Shown: piece after piece, positions 34,085 through 45,469 of the stretch
Layout: each line of letters opens with the position of its first letter
Position numbering within the stretch: position 1 is the stretch's first letter
Notes under the pieces: model-generated
Told to the model about the DNA's origin: nothing
The model's input: only the letters and a program-made list of their open reading frames with translations
Database searches by the model: none
Program-made: the position numbers and the translations under genes
NCBI GenBank assembly: GCA_963733675.1
Contig: CAVTET010000012.1
Coordinates: 1 to 64,000, forward strand
DNA: 64,000 bases
Direction of reading: 5' to 3'
DNA from: an uncultured Methanosarcinaceae archaeon
GTDB lineage: Archaea > Halobacteriota > Methanosarcinia > Methanosarcinales > Methanosarcinaceae

Positions 34085-34640
34085 ATGAACACATCTAAAT
34101 GTGATGAAGCGAGTAGACTACATATATTCATAAGGTTTTTAGGAATCATTGCAGTGTTGTTTTTAATGCCAGTTAGTATCGCGGGCTGCGTGCCATTTGC
34201 AGGCATTCCAAACTCCAGAAGCAAGAATGCTTCTATATTAAACAAGTCCGATGATGTAATAGCAGCGTTTGACAAAGCAATTGAAAGCAACCCATAAAAT
34301 CCAGCCGGTTGGGGCAATAAATGATATGCACTATATAAATTAAATAAATCCGATGAAGCACTAAAAGCATTTGAAAAAGCAATTGAACTTAACCCGCAGG
34401 ATTTAGTGGCTTGGAGCAATAAAGGAGCTGTTCTGGCCCATTTAGGTAGGTTCGATGAATCAGTAACAGCACATATTAAAGGAATTGAAATCAACCCGCA
34501 ACTCAGAAGCTTGGTAGCTTATCCGATGGAACAATAAAAGTTTGTGACAAAGTAATTAAAATTGATCTGCAGGATTCAATAGCTTGGTTAGTAAAGGACC
34601 TTTATTTAAATAGATTAAATAAATCCAATTTGTAGATTGA
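34085..34640 (+). pseudogene. Signal-peptide + TPR protein
   Basis: AFDKAIESNP*..AFEKAIELNPQDLVAWSNKG..LGRFDES with in-frame stops. Confidence 0.75.
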
Positions 34641-34749
34641 ATAGCTACTTAATTTTTATTCAGGGATTTTGTTTGTTGGTAACTATTTAACCTACCAAAA
34701 ATCAGTTAATCGATATCTATTTTGATGCAATAGTTATTTTTTATCTAAT

Positions 34750-34983
34750 TTATTTGCCTTGTTGCATCATTTCCTTAATCTTTTGAACATCAGCTATAGC
34801 AGTTTTCTTTAACGAGATCATTTTTTCCAGATCACTGATTTTTATTTCCATCAATTTTATTATCATATCCATTCTCATTACTGCAACTTTCTTTTTCTGT
34901 TCTACTGTCAGAAGTTCCCACATTTCAACCATTGCAATCTGCATTATTGGACCCTTTTCTACCATTAAATGTTCTTTGCACAT
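34750..34983 (-). CDS. Small coiled-coil hypothetical protein
   Basis: GGAG RBS; intact 77-aa Met-rich helical ORF. Confidence 0.65.
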   Translation of the reverse strand: MCKEHLMVEKGPIMQIAMVEMWELLTVEQKKKVAVMRMDMIIKLMEIKISDLEKMISLKKTAIADVQKIKEMMQQGK

Positions 34984-35580
34984 GTTTTAAAATCTCCTTT
35001 CATAGATAATATTTTTTAAAAAATAAGGATTATTAAGAGAAAAAAATGAACTATATATTTAAATAGCCTTATCAGAAGAGTTTGTTTTTACGACTGGTTC
35101 AGCTGTCTTTTCTGCGTTAACGTTATCAGCTTTAGGTAATACTTTCGGATCTGACTTTATCATACTATATACCCCTTTCTAATTTAATATATATTATGCA
35201 GATTTGTTCGTAGTAATTGTTTTTACAGTATAGATATGTTGCAGCCTATATGTACCAATGTATTTTTTTAATTTCTTTTTGAGTCTATTTAAAAATACAC
35301 AGCTTAAGCTTATGATGAGCTTAATGTAATGAAGCCTTTAATTATTGTGAGAATTTAATCATTACGGAGAGATCTATTTGGAAGACTATAATGGAAATTT
35401 TTCTGATATTTTCTATTTATGATTGTCATTTAGTTTAATTAGTTCCAAGTGTTCCACTAGCTCTATATGCGCTATGAGTTCCAGAAGTTCCATGAGTAAT
35501 ACATTCATACCCTTTTCTTATTTTGTGTGGAACTCAGGAAATGCAGAGATTTTGCCACAAAAAAGCTATGTATCAAAAAC

Positions 35581-36433
35581 GGTTTCGTTGCAAAAAATCC
35601 TTTCTAATGATGCAATAGAATAAAACGAAAACCAAAGATAGTAATATGCTATCTAATTCCTTTAAATGGAAGCCTTATGAAGGAGAAATTATCCTATTGA
35701 ATGTAAGATGGTACTTAAAATACCCATTGAGCTATATAAATTTAAAGGAAATGATGATAGAAAGAGGAATTCAAGTTGATCACAGTACTATAATGAGATG
35801 GGTACATCAATATTCCCCTGAAATAGAAAAGAAAATAAGAAAATATTTAAGACCAACAAACGATTCGTAGAGAGTTGATGAAACCTATATCAAAATAAAA
35901 GGTAAATGGAAATATTTTTACCGAGCAGTTGACTCAAATGGAGATAAAATTGATTTTATGTTAAGTTCAAAACGAGATAGAAAGGCAGCGAAGAGATTCT
36001 TTAAGAAAGCTTTGAGTTCTAATAATAATCAAATTCCGAGAGTAATAACAGTTGATAAGAATCCAGCTTATCCACCTGCTATAGATGAACTGAAAAATGA
36101 TAACATACTACCTAAAAACGTAGGCATTCGACAAATCAAGTGTTTGAATAACATTATAGAACAAGATCATAGATCTATAAAGCGAATCGTTAATCCAATG
36201 TTAGGATTTCAGTCTTTTCGGTCTGCTAATAAAACTTTAAAAGGAATTGAAGCTATGAATATGATCAAAAAAGGACAAGTCAATAATTTAAATTACTCGA
36301 TTCTTAATGAAGTCAAATACATTAATCAGTTGTTTGGTATTATTTTATAATGTTAGTACATTTTCCTTAAATATTTTGATTTTTTTATACGCATAGATTT
36401 ACATGCTAATTTTGAAGTTTTTGCAACGGAACC
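35581..36433 (+). mobile_element. IS6-family element; transposase with a single in-frame TAG
   Basis: IRs GGTTTCGTTGCAAAAA / TTTTTGCAACGGAACC. ORFs 35646-35870 and 35958-36350 are in the same frame, separated only by TGG>TAG at 35868-35870. Confidence 0.93.
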
Positions 36434-36657
36434 CAATTTGTTTCACTTATTGTAAGATTACTGTGAGTTAAAGGGCATAAAGAGTACTTGAAACGCGTGA
36501 ATAAAATCAATAAGTCACTGATATCCATTTTATTACTTTTATAATATAAGATATATATCATTTATAAGTTTATGACGAAATTTAGGCTTTTTATCAAAAT
36601 GTTCTATAATTAGAAATTATTTAAATAAAAATAACCAAATGCTGGAATTGAGAGGAA

Positions 36658-37146
36658 ATGAAAACAAATAAACAAAAAGTAATAGTCTCACTGATTGTAG
36701 TTATTATAATAGCGTTTATACCCCTAGGAGCAGCAGCTCCTGCAGGGATATCAGAATCTGCAGTATTAGAAGCCGCAAAAAGTTGGATTGGAGTTGAATC
36801 CATTCACGGAGGCAGTGATAGATCGGGCATTGATTGTTCTCACTTAGTATATCAAATATACAAAAAAATCGGAGCCAAAAGTATAATCTTACAAACTGTG
36901 CCAAATATGAAAAAAAATGCATATTATATTAACATAAGCTCTCCAACTCCTGGAGACGTGATCTTTTGGGAAAAGGATGTCACTAAGAATGACAAAAAAT
37001 ATTGGCTTTCCGTTCATGTAGGAATATACATCGGAAACGGGCAATTTATACACACGTCTTATGACACAAAAAAAGTTTCCATAGATAATATCAATGGTCC
37101 TTATCAAGATGGAATGCCATACTTCGCAAGATGGTCACATACTTAG
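36658..37146 (+). CDS. Secreted NlpC/P60 (C40) cysteine peptidase
   Basis: Signal peptide, GIDCSHLV (catalytic Cys), PGDVIF and HVGIYIGNGQFIH (His pair). Confidence 0.9.
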   Translation: MKTNKQKVIVSLIVVIIIAFIPLGAAAPAGISESAVLEAAKSWIGVESIHGGSDRSGIDCSHLVYQIYKKIGAKSIILQTVPNMKKNAYYINISSPTPGDVIFWEKDVTKNDKKYWLSVHVGIYIGNGQFIHTSYDTKKVSIDNINGPYQDGMPYFARWSHT

Positions 37147-38470
37147 AAGATTCCATTTACTTTTTTTTCTTTGAAGGAATCTCATCCAAGTCTTTCCAGC
37201 AAATTTTTGTATTTGCCCTTATTTTTTCTCGTCTCGTTCAAAATTCATTTATTTCAAAGATTCTTCCACTATCTTGTACTGGGTGTGGTATATGGGACGT
37301 TTGAAGTGTCAAAAAACTTATGAAATATAAATATTTTATTATGTTACAGATTTTATTTTAATTGGAAAGCACCTTTCGATGAATTTGAATAAGATCTTAT
37401 TTGAGAAAAGTATCAAATTTTATCTTAAAACCTGATAGTAGCATAGTAAATACTCAAGCAAAAATTACTTCTGTCAATATTCTCAAGTTACCGAATTATT
37501 AAGAGATTAATATTAACAATATACACTATATAAAACATTATTTTAAATACTAAGTATTTAGAAAGTGGTATTGATAAGCTGTTGCTGTGCTGTGACATTA
37601 ATGTAGAAAAAAAGTAAATAATGTATCAAAACAGTTAATGATCAAATAATTTATTGTTAGATTCTAAAATTAGTCTAGCTTGTATTCTAAATGTATTGCA
37701 TTGTGAAAAATTTGTAGAATTGGATGAGGCTTTAATATTCGGCAGAACAAATTAACAAGTTAGAACAGGGGAAACGATGGTCAAAAAAAGGAATAAAAGC
37801 AATTTGGTGAATACTAGAACAAAACTTATAATTCCATGCAAAAATGGAGGGGTATGTATAAAAAACCCTAAAAATACAGCAGATATAATTTGCAAAGGAT
37901 GTGAAAGAGAAACAATATGATAAAACATTGCTATTATGGTATGAGCTTCTTAGGTTTGTTTTAAATTCAGTGCAAAGACATTTCTTCAAAAATTATTGTT
38001 TCCTCACAGCATGCACTTAGTAACACGAAAACATGATTTACATAATACTCAAAAGATACTAAAATTGAGTTTCGATATAATATTTAAACTACATGAAGTT
38101 TCACCACAAATACGACTATTTGAAATTAGTTCATATGTGCCAGCAAACTTAAGTATTACAAATCTTATACGATTAGATTTTTTTGTCTTCTTGAATTATT
38201 TGCACCACATTATAATTATCCAAAATTTTAACTGTTCATATTAAGCATCATTTGTATTAAATTAAATCACTTTTGTACCAAAAACCATCTTTTTGCTTCA
38301 GCTAACACTTTGCGAATAGATATTAACAGTAGTTTGAAATCAGTATTTAATTAGGACTATTGAAAATAATTTAGTAGACCTATGCTAAATCTGTAGTTGA
38401 GTTTCCCATTTTCTTTGAATTTAACTTTTCAAGTGCAGTAGTCTCCAAATTTGTTCAGAAAACCTCATTT

Positions 38471-39346
38471 TTACATCAATCCCAGTCCTGGGCCTAAGTT
38501 TGGAATTATCCCAAACAAAAAAATGTTTATCAAGCCATTAATCATTATTACAAATGGAAGGTTCTTGGTTCTATAAAAGCAATAGCCAAGAAAACCCCCT
38601 ACAAGGGAAGCAAATACCATTTCGAAGGGAGTGCCGTAACTAGAGTGCATTATTCCAAAAAGAAGGCTTGCTAGAAGGATTCCACCTGTCGACCCTACGA
38701 ACTTTTCCAGCCTTTTTTGGAGGATCGCCCTGAAAATAAATTCCTCTATCAGACCTACTATAAATATCATTATGATTATAAATAAAAGTACATTTGCCGG
38801 AGAGATGTCTTGGATAAGGGATCTGTTTCCAATTACCATATATTCTGCTTCCCCAAAAACCAGGCCTGCAAGGATGGCTAGAGGCACCTGACTCAATATT
38901 TTTTTAAGAGTATCTTCTTTTTTCTTAAATGTGATTTTCTGATGGTTGATAGCGATTACTAAAGGAATTGTCAGGGGTGCATAAATGAATACAAAAGAGT
39001 AAAGATTAATCTCGGAAAAAATTGGCATTGAAAGGTTTACCAGTCGAAAAATTGGCAAAAGCAGAAAAGCCTGGTGAATTTCGCGTACTTCCTGTTTTTT
39101 CATAACTGTGGTAGAAAATGAAAGGATCAATAGAAGAAAGGTGTAAGCTATAGCAGCCTCTTCTAACCTTCCTTCGAAAATCAACAGTTCGGAAAAAATG
39201 ATCACAATTATAGGGGTCCCTGCGTAGAACATCTTTTTCAAGAATCCGATCTTTTCTTCGGTTAAAATTTCAAAGGTTTTTACTAGTTCCGGCAAAGTGA
39301 TATTTCCTACTTCTATCTCAGACGGTGAAGAGTCTGCTGATACCAT
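38471..39346 (-). CDS. CPBP (CAAX/Abi) intramembrane glutamic endopeptidase
   Basis: EEFIFRAILQ and LFGIMH motifs; multiple TM helices. Confidence 0.88.
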   Translation of the reverse strand: MVSADSSPSEIEVGNITLPELVKTFEILTEEKIGFLKKMFYAGTPIIVIIFSELLIFEGRLEEAAIAYTFLLLILSFSTTVMKKQEVREIHQAFLLLPIFRLVNLSMPIFSEINLYSFVFIYAPLTIPLVIAINHQKITFKKKEDTLKKILSQVPLAILAGLVFGEAEYMVIGNRSLIQDISPANVLLFIIIMIFIVGLIEEFIFRAILQKRLEKFVGSTGGILLASLLFGIMHSSYGTPFEMVFASLVGGFLGYCFYRTKNLPFVIMINGLINIFLFGIIPNLGPGLGLM

Positions 39347-39348
39347 TT

Positions 39349-40245
39349 TCAGGTCTCCTTAGCAACGTTAATCCAAAGATGCAGATTTCTATAAGGCGTT
39401 TGCTTTTCGGTTTCATTAAACAGAAGAAATTCTAGCTTCATATTATTTCCTTTGAAGGGTGGGATGAAAGTTACTGGTTCAATCCATGACATATTATGTG
39501 CAATGCTTATTTGTTTTTGGTCCTCTGGAAGACGCAGAGATTGATTTTCAAGTCTTATTTCCATTGTATAATCTACTGGCCTGTATTCGTGATTTACTAT
39601 TCCTACAATAACGGTCTCATTTTTTCCCAGTACTAAATCTGTAGGATAGCCATCTGCTGTTTTGTTAGCTCCAAGGATGTAAAACTCGGTAAAGTGCTCT
39701 CTCTCTTTTTGATTTCCGATTATGTGGGCCAAACCGACAACAGAGGTAAGGATTAAAAGGACCAGGAGAACTGCAAAAACTCTGTCAATTTTGGATTCGG
39801 GCTTTTTCATGATTTCGGTTTTCATTCTCAGGAAAAAATCTTTGAATGGAACTTCAAAAGTCTCTTCTTCTGGCAACAAGCTTCTCCTATGGTATGCAAT
39901 TGCGCACATTAGGAGTATGAAAACCGAAAGACTAGTCAGTAGAGTAATTTCCTGGATTCCCCATATAGTATAGTTCAGTACAAGTCCCATTATTGGGACT
40001 ATTGCAATACTAAGTCCAAGGGAGATTACAGCTCTCTCAATTCCCTCTAGGTCTTTTTTTGCCGGGAAGATGGCTCCAGTCAGGGCATAACCTGGCACGA
40101 AAAGCACTAGTAGAATGCCTAAATATGTGCGTAGGAAGCTTCCATTAAGCGCAGGCACAAGCACTAAGATATCAATAAAAAATACAAGACCTGTAACGAG
40201 GAGCAGATCCTTAGGAGTTTGTCTTCTTTCTGCCATCTTCACCAC
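39349..40245 (-). CDS. DUF1616-domain membrane protein
   Basis: LFVPGYAL..FP, ERAVISLGLSIAIVP, FTEFYILG, VGIVNHE and YRNLHLWINV; 2 bp from the CPBP gene. Confidence 0.85.
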   Translation of the reverse strand: MVKMAERRQTPKDLLLVTGLVFFIDILVLVPALNGSFLRTYLGILLVLFVPGYALTGAIFPAKKDLEGIERAVISLGLSIAIVPIMGLVLNYTIWGIQEITLLTSLSVFILLMCAIAYHRRSLLPEEETFEVPFKDFFLRMKTEIMKKPESKIDRVFAVLLVLLILTSVVGLAHIIGNQKEREHFTEFYILGANKTADGYPTDLVLGKNETVIVGIVNHEYRPVDYTMEIRLENQSLRLPEDQKQISIAHNMSWIEPVTFIPPFKGNNMKLEFLLFNETEKQTPYRNLHLWINVAKET

Positions 40246-40683
40246 TGCTATAATTTTTTATAATCTATCTTCTTTGAATTTATACTTATTTACTTACTCC
40301 ATTAATTTGATATCCTTTGCAACTTTTTCGAAACATACTTATCTTTTCAGGTGTTCATGTTACAACAAAATAGGGGATGATCTGCTTTTAGATCATATAA
40401 AAGATATATATAGTATTATTTTCGATTATGAAATTTCAATTCCGAGTTAGATAAACTCATTCTATCATGTTCTTGTTTTTATCTCTACATTAGTTATCTG
40501 CTATAATTTTTTTTGTATTTATCTTTTTTAAACATAGGTAGTTCTAATATGAAAATTTTTTCATTGATTGATGTATTCACATCCGGAGTTATTTTTGGCA
40601 TATTCCAAAATATTTCCACTCCATCCATAAATTTCAGGACAAGCATAGAAAATTTTATTATGTAGTTCCCCTTTCCTGAAAGC

Positions 40684-41580
40684 ATGAAAGTATTGGTTAC
40701 AGGGGGAGCAGGTTTTATAGGCTCCCATATAGCTGAGTATTTTGCAGAAACCGGGCATACTGTCAGAATCATAGATAACCTTGCTACTGGTTTTATCTCA
40801 AATATTGTACAGTCTGAAAATATAAAGTTTATTCAGGGAGACATATGTGATTATGTTTCAGTTGAAAAAGCAGTTTCTGGAATGGACTATGTTTTCCATG
40901 AAGCAGCTCTTGTATCCGTACCTCTAAGCTGCGAAAGACCTGCTGAGGCTTTCCGGGTCAACACTCTTGGAACACTCAATGTGTTACAGGCCTGCGTTAA
41001 AGCTGAAGTTGATAAATTTGTAACTGCATCTTCAGCTGCTGTTTATGGAAACAACCCGATCCTTCCAAAAAGTGAAGATATGTATCCTGAGCCGACTTCT
41101 CCTTATGCTATTGCAAAACTCGACGGGGAGTACTTGGCAAGGATGTTTTATAAGGATCAGGGGCTTAGAACAACTTGCTTGCGTTACTTCAATGTTTACG
41201 GTCCTCGTCAAAACCCTACATCTCAATATGCAGCTGTTATTCCTCTTTTTCTGGATAGGGCACGTGAAGGAAAAGACCTTGTTATCTATGGGGATGGGTT
41301 TCAAAGTCGGGATTTCGTGCATGTCAAAGATGTAGTCAGAGCAAATGCTTTAGCACTTGAATATGGGGATGGACAGGTCTTCAATGTGGCTATGGGGAAA
41401 AGCGTGACAGTTCGCGAGCTTGCTGAAAATATTATTAAGCTTACTGAATCTCCTAGCAGGATGGTACATGTGGCTCCAAGAGCAGGTGATGTTCGGGATT
41501 CAAGGGCAGATGTTTCAAAAATTTCTACCTGGTGGAAGGGGGAAATCGAATTGTATGAAGGGTTAAAAAGTCTTATTTAA
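40684..41580 (+). CDS. NAD-dependent epimerase/dehydratase (UDP-glucose 4-epimerase-like)
   Basis: TGGAGFIGS, SSAAVYG, YAIAK and RYFNVYGPRQ. Confidence 0.92.
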   Translation: MKVLVTGGAGFIGSHIAEYFAETGHTVRIIDNLATGFISNIVQSENIKFIQGDICDYVSVEKAVSGMDYVFHEAALVSVPLSCERPAEAFRVNTLGTLNVLQACVKAEVDKFVTASSAAVYGNNPILPKSEDMYPEPTSPYAIAKLDGEYLARMFYKDQGLRTTCLRYFNVYGPRQNPTSQYAAVIPLFLDRAREGKDLVIYGDGFQSRDFVHVKDVVRANALALEYGDGQVFNVAMGKSVTVRELAENIIKLTESPSRMVHVAPRAGDVRDSRADVSKISTWWKGEIELYEGLKSLI

Positions 41581-42339
41581 ATGGTTATAATAGCAGTTTA
41601 ATTTGAGGATTAAAAAGAACTTTTTCTCCTTGACTAAGCAACTTTCTTGGCTGGGCAGCAGCTAACTCACGCAGCTCGAAATCAAGTTATTCTTTATTTT
41701 TGGAACGTTGTTTTATAAATAAAGTTAAGGTTAATTCTCTAAACTCCTAAATTTCGTTCTGCACTTATATGCGGTGTATAGATATTTCTTGAAATCAAAA
41801 GTTTATCGAATCCTCTTAAAAAAGACTTGATGTTTTTTACCTGTTAGAATTTTTTTCATGGATTATGTCCCTTTTTTTTCATTGTATTCATGCAAATAAT
41901 GGAGGCTATAGGTAACCCTACGAAGAAGTTGGCAACTTCAATTTTTTTTGATTTCGTTTCAGTTGAGTACCCTGCAAATTGCTGCGGGATGGAACCCCTT
42001 CCAAGAATCTTTATTAACTAATGGATTTATATTTCAAACAACTTGCATACTATTGAAAACTGGGCCTTATTGATGCAAATCATTGCAGCTACAAAACGAC
42101 ATGAAATTTTTCGAATAACATGCACAAATAAATGAAAGTACTTCCCACATTACTTTTTTGAGGCACTACCGAAAGTTCTGTAGAATATTATTTACTCTAT
42201 ACCCCTTTTCCAGTCACTACAAAAAATAGTGGTTTTTATTAAAACACGGGTTATGTTAGAAAGCCTAAAAGTTGCTATATTTGTCTCGTGAAGGATAAAA
42301 ATAACTGAAAATTAAGTGATTATTCAATCTACAAATCGG

Positions 42340-42608
42340 GTTTATTTAATCTATTTAGATAACGTTCCTTGCCTTTCAAGGTTGTTGAATCCCGCGGGTT
42401 AATTTCAATTGCTTTGTCATATGCTTTTATTGATTCATCATACTTGTTTAAAACAGAAACATTGTTGCTGCTAGAGTTTGGAACACCTGCAAATGGCTCC
42501 GTGCTTATATGACACTCACTAGCATTAAAAGCGCCAGCGCAATGATTCCTAAACCCATTATGTGGATATACCCTCTACTGACTTTATTATATGTAGTTTT
42601 TTTTTCAT
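42340..42608 (-). pseudogene. Signal-peptide + TPR paralog relic
   Basis: GLGIIALALLML..PFAGVPNSSSNNVSVLNKYDESIKAYDKAIEINP, parallel to the 34085 gene. Confidence 0.65.
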
Positions 42609-44023
42609 TTTAAGCTTTTTGATATATTTTTAAACATATAATGATGAAACATGACTACAAAAACACAAATAAATAATGTTCACTCAGCAAAATAAATTTT
42701 TCGACTAAAAAATTTTATTTATTAAGTAAAATAATTTTTATATTACTTTTGGTTATTAAAACTTTAAAATTTTTAATAATATCCTCAGGAAAATAAAATT
42801 TTAACTTGCAAAAAATCTACCCTTTAGGAAAACGGAGTTACACAGAAAAATTCAACTTAGGATTACTGCAGTAGTCATAATTGCTACTACAATCACTGAA
42901 ACCACGGTGATCACTGTAACCACTGTGATCACTAAAATCACTGCGACTATTGAAATTTCGTTATCTCCATTATCTCTCTAGCAAGATAGTTCACAGTACA
43001 ATTATTTTCGTAAAAGTACTGCATTATTGCGAGAATTTGGCTGGAATTGCGTTTCGTCTATTAAGCTTACAGGCAAAATACAGTATTTCTACAGGAAAAT
43101 TATTGTATTTTGAGGAAGGCTCATGAGGTTTTTTTTATCGGAGTTTTTGTAGCTGTTGTCGTTTATGATCTCAGAAGTATTTCCGTGGATCTTTCCATGA
43201 TGTGGCTTGATCTGGAAAGTACTCATAAAATGACCACATGAATGGAGTAGAATAATCCCATCGTTTAAACTGAGAGTTTTGCCTTTTGAAATGAGACTGT
43301 CGTGCATTAGTAGCTGGTTGATATTTTATCTTTGAGTGTCTTTGCTTAGTTGCATATGTTTTTAAGCTTAACTGTGTACAGAAAATTGAGTGTACATAAA
43401 GTAGAAATGATAGCGAAATGCGAATTTATGAATACTCTGGAAAATATCAACTGATTATTGGTGAGCCCCTCTTCTTTTCGATTTTTCAAAATCAATTTGA
43501 ATTTTTAAGCGATTATTTTCAAGACTGAAATAAATTTTAAAATTCTATATTGACCTAGTCGCTCAGTAAAACAGTGATCTACAAAATCTAAGATCAATTT
43601 CTTGTTTGTATCAGAAATCTGTGCAACGATTAGCTATTCTAGCACTTTTTGAAGGCTGAATTTATATGTATCCACATCTACTGTATCACATTCTTCAATG
43701 AAAAAGTGGGCTTTAAGCAAAAAATAGAAAAAGCCTCGAGCGAGATTATATGTTAATAGTTTAAATTTACACAATTTGTATAAAGAAGTGCAAAACCCTT
43801 AGGTCTTTAGCCTATAGCATATCAGCGTCAATTTCCTCGTTTTCTTGTTATTGATTTAATTAACTAGTTATACAATAACAGATCTTAGAGACATTTTAGT
43901 ATTTTTGGGGGTTTTGATTAATTGCAGTCAAAAGCTAGTGAAATTAATAGTAAACTTATGCAATACTTAAAAATATTAGAAAGTCTCTTATTTTATCAGC
44001 TTCAAGATAGTTTGGGAATAAAT

Positions 44024-45196
44024 ATGAGAAAAGAGCCGTATCAGTTTCCACAGAATGAATTTTTTTCAAGAGACGACTTTAGAAAAATTAAAAAATTTTC
44101 TTATGGTAAAGAGACACCGTTTTTGATTGTTGATTTGGAGGCGATAAAGAAAAGTTATGATTATTTGATTGAACACATGCCTTTCGCAAAAATTCATTAT
44201 GCTGTAAAGGCAAACCCTATGGATGAAGTTGTTCTTGCCCTGAAAAACAAAGGTTCTAATTTTGATGTAGCAACGGTTTATGAACTTAATCAATTGCTCA
44301 GGCTTGGAGTGGAACCTGAAAGAATGAGTTATGGCAATACGATAAAAAAAGGAAAAGATATAGCCTATGCATATGAAAAAGGGATGAGACTTTTTGTTAG
44401 TGATTCAGAGAGCGATTTAAAAAAGTTAGCTAAAAATGCTCCGGGTTCCAAAATTTTTTTTAGAATACTTACCGAAAGCGACGGCGCTGATTGGCCCCTT
44501 TCAAGGAAATTTGGCGCACATCCTGATATTATATACAAGCTTATTCTAGAAACCGAAAAACGGGGGCTTGAGCCTTACGGACTTTCTTTCCATGTTGGCT
44601 CCCAGCAGAGAGATATTGGTCAATGGGATAATGCCATTTCCAAATGCAAGTATCTCTTTCAAGCAGTAGCTGAAAAAGGTATCCATCTCAAGATGATTAA
44701 CCTTGGAGGAGGTTTTCCTGCAAAATATCAGGCAACGGCAAGTGACCTTGAAACCTATTTCAAAGAAATTCGACGTTTTTTACTAGAGGACTTTGGAGAT
44801 AAGCTCCCTGAGATCATTATTGAACCAGGGCGCTCTATGGTCGCCAACGCAGGTGTAATCGTAAGTGAAGTAGTAATGATTTCCAGGAAAGCCAGATTTA
44901 ACCAGTATAAATGGGTTTATCTCGATATTGGAAAGTTTGGAGGCCTCATCGAAACTCTTGATGAATGCATTAAATACCCTATTTTTTGCGATAAAAAAGG
45001 TTGTGCTGAAGAAGTAATCCTTGCGGGTCCAACATGTGACAGCATGGATATCCTTTACGAACATCATAAGTATTCTTTTCCGGATACGATGAAAGAAGGT
45101 AACAAAGTATATATCTTTACAACCGGCGCATACACTCAAAGCTACAGTTCAGTAAGTTTTAATGGCTTCCCTCCACTCAGGTCTTATCTTATTTAA
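44024..45196 (+). CDS. Type III PLP-dependent ornithine/lysine decarboxylase
   Basis: YAVKANP (PLP Lys), SRKFGA, SFHVGSQ, NLGGGF, EPGR and GPTCDSMD. Confidence 0.92.
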   Translation: MRKEPYQFPQNEFFSRDDFRKIKKFSYGKETPFLIVDLEAIKKSYDYLIEHMPFAKIHYAVKANPMDEVVLALKNKGSNFDVATVYELNQLLRLGVEPERMSYGNTIKKGKDIAYAYEKGMRLFVSDSESDLKKLAKNAPGSKIFFRILTESDGADWPLSRKFGAHPDIIYKLILETEKRGLEPYGLSFHVGSQQRDIGQWDNAISKCKYLFQAVAEKGIHLKMINLGGGFPAKYQATASDLETYFKEIRRFLLEDFGDKLPEIIIEPGRSMVANAGVIVSEVVMISRKARFNQYKWVYLDIGKFGGLIETLDECIKYPIFCDKKGCAEEVILAGPTCDSMDILYEHHKYSFPDTMKEGNKVYIFTTGAYTQSYSSVSFNGFPPLRSYLI

Positions 45197-45469
45197 AAGA
45201 TATTAGACCTTAAGCAATTAAGTACAAAATCAGTAGAAATAACCCCTAAACTATCTAAAATGTGAGTTTAACAATAATAGATATAATGCTTGATTTTATC
45301 ATCAAGTGAGTAAGTCCTAAGTACAAAATAAAGATCAACACAACAAGTGCGCTATGCAACAGGTACCAGAGTAAACTATATTTAAATGTGGATATTATGT
45401 TAAGAAACAAGAGCTGAAGAAATAATTATCCAAAACAAATCTACTCATTTACTTACCAAAAACTCTCTT

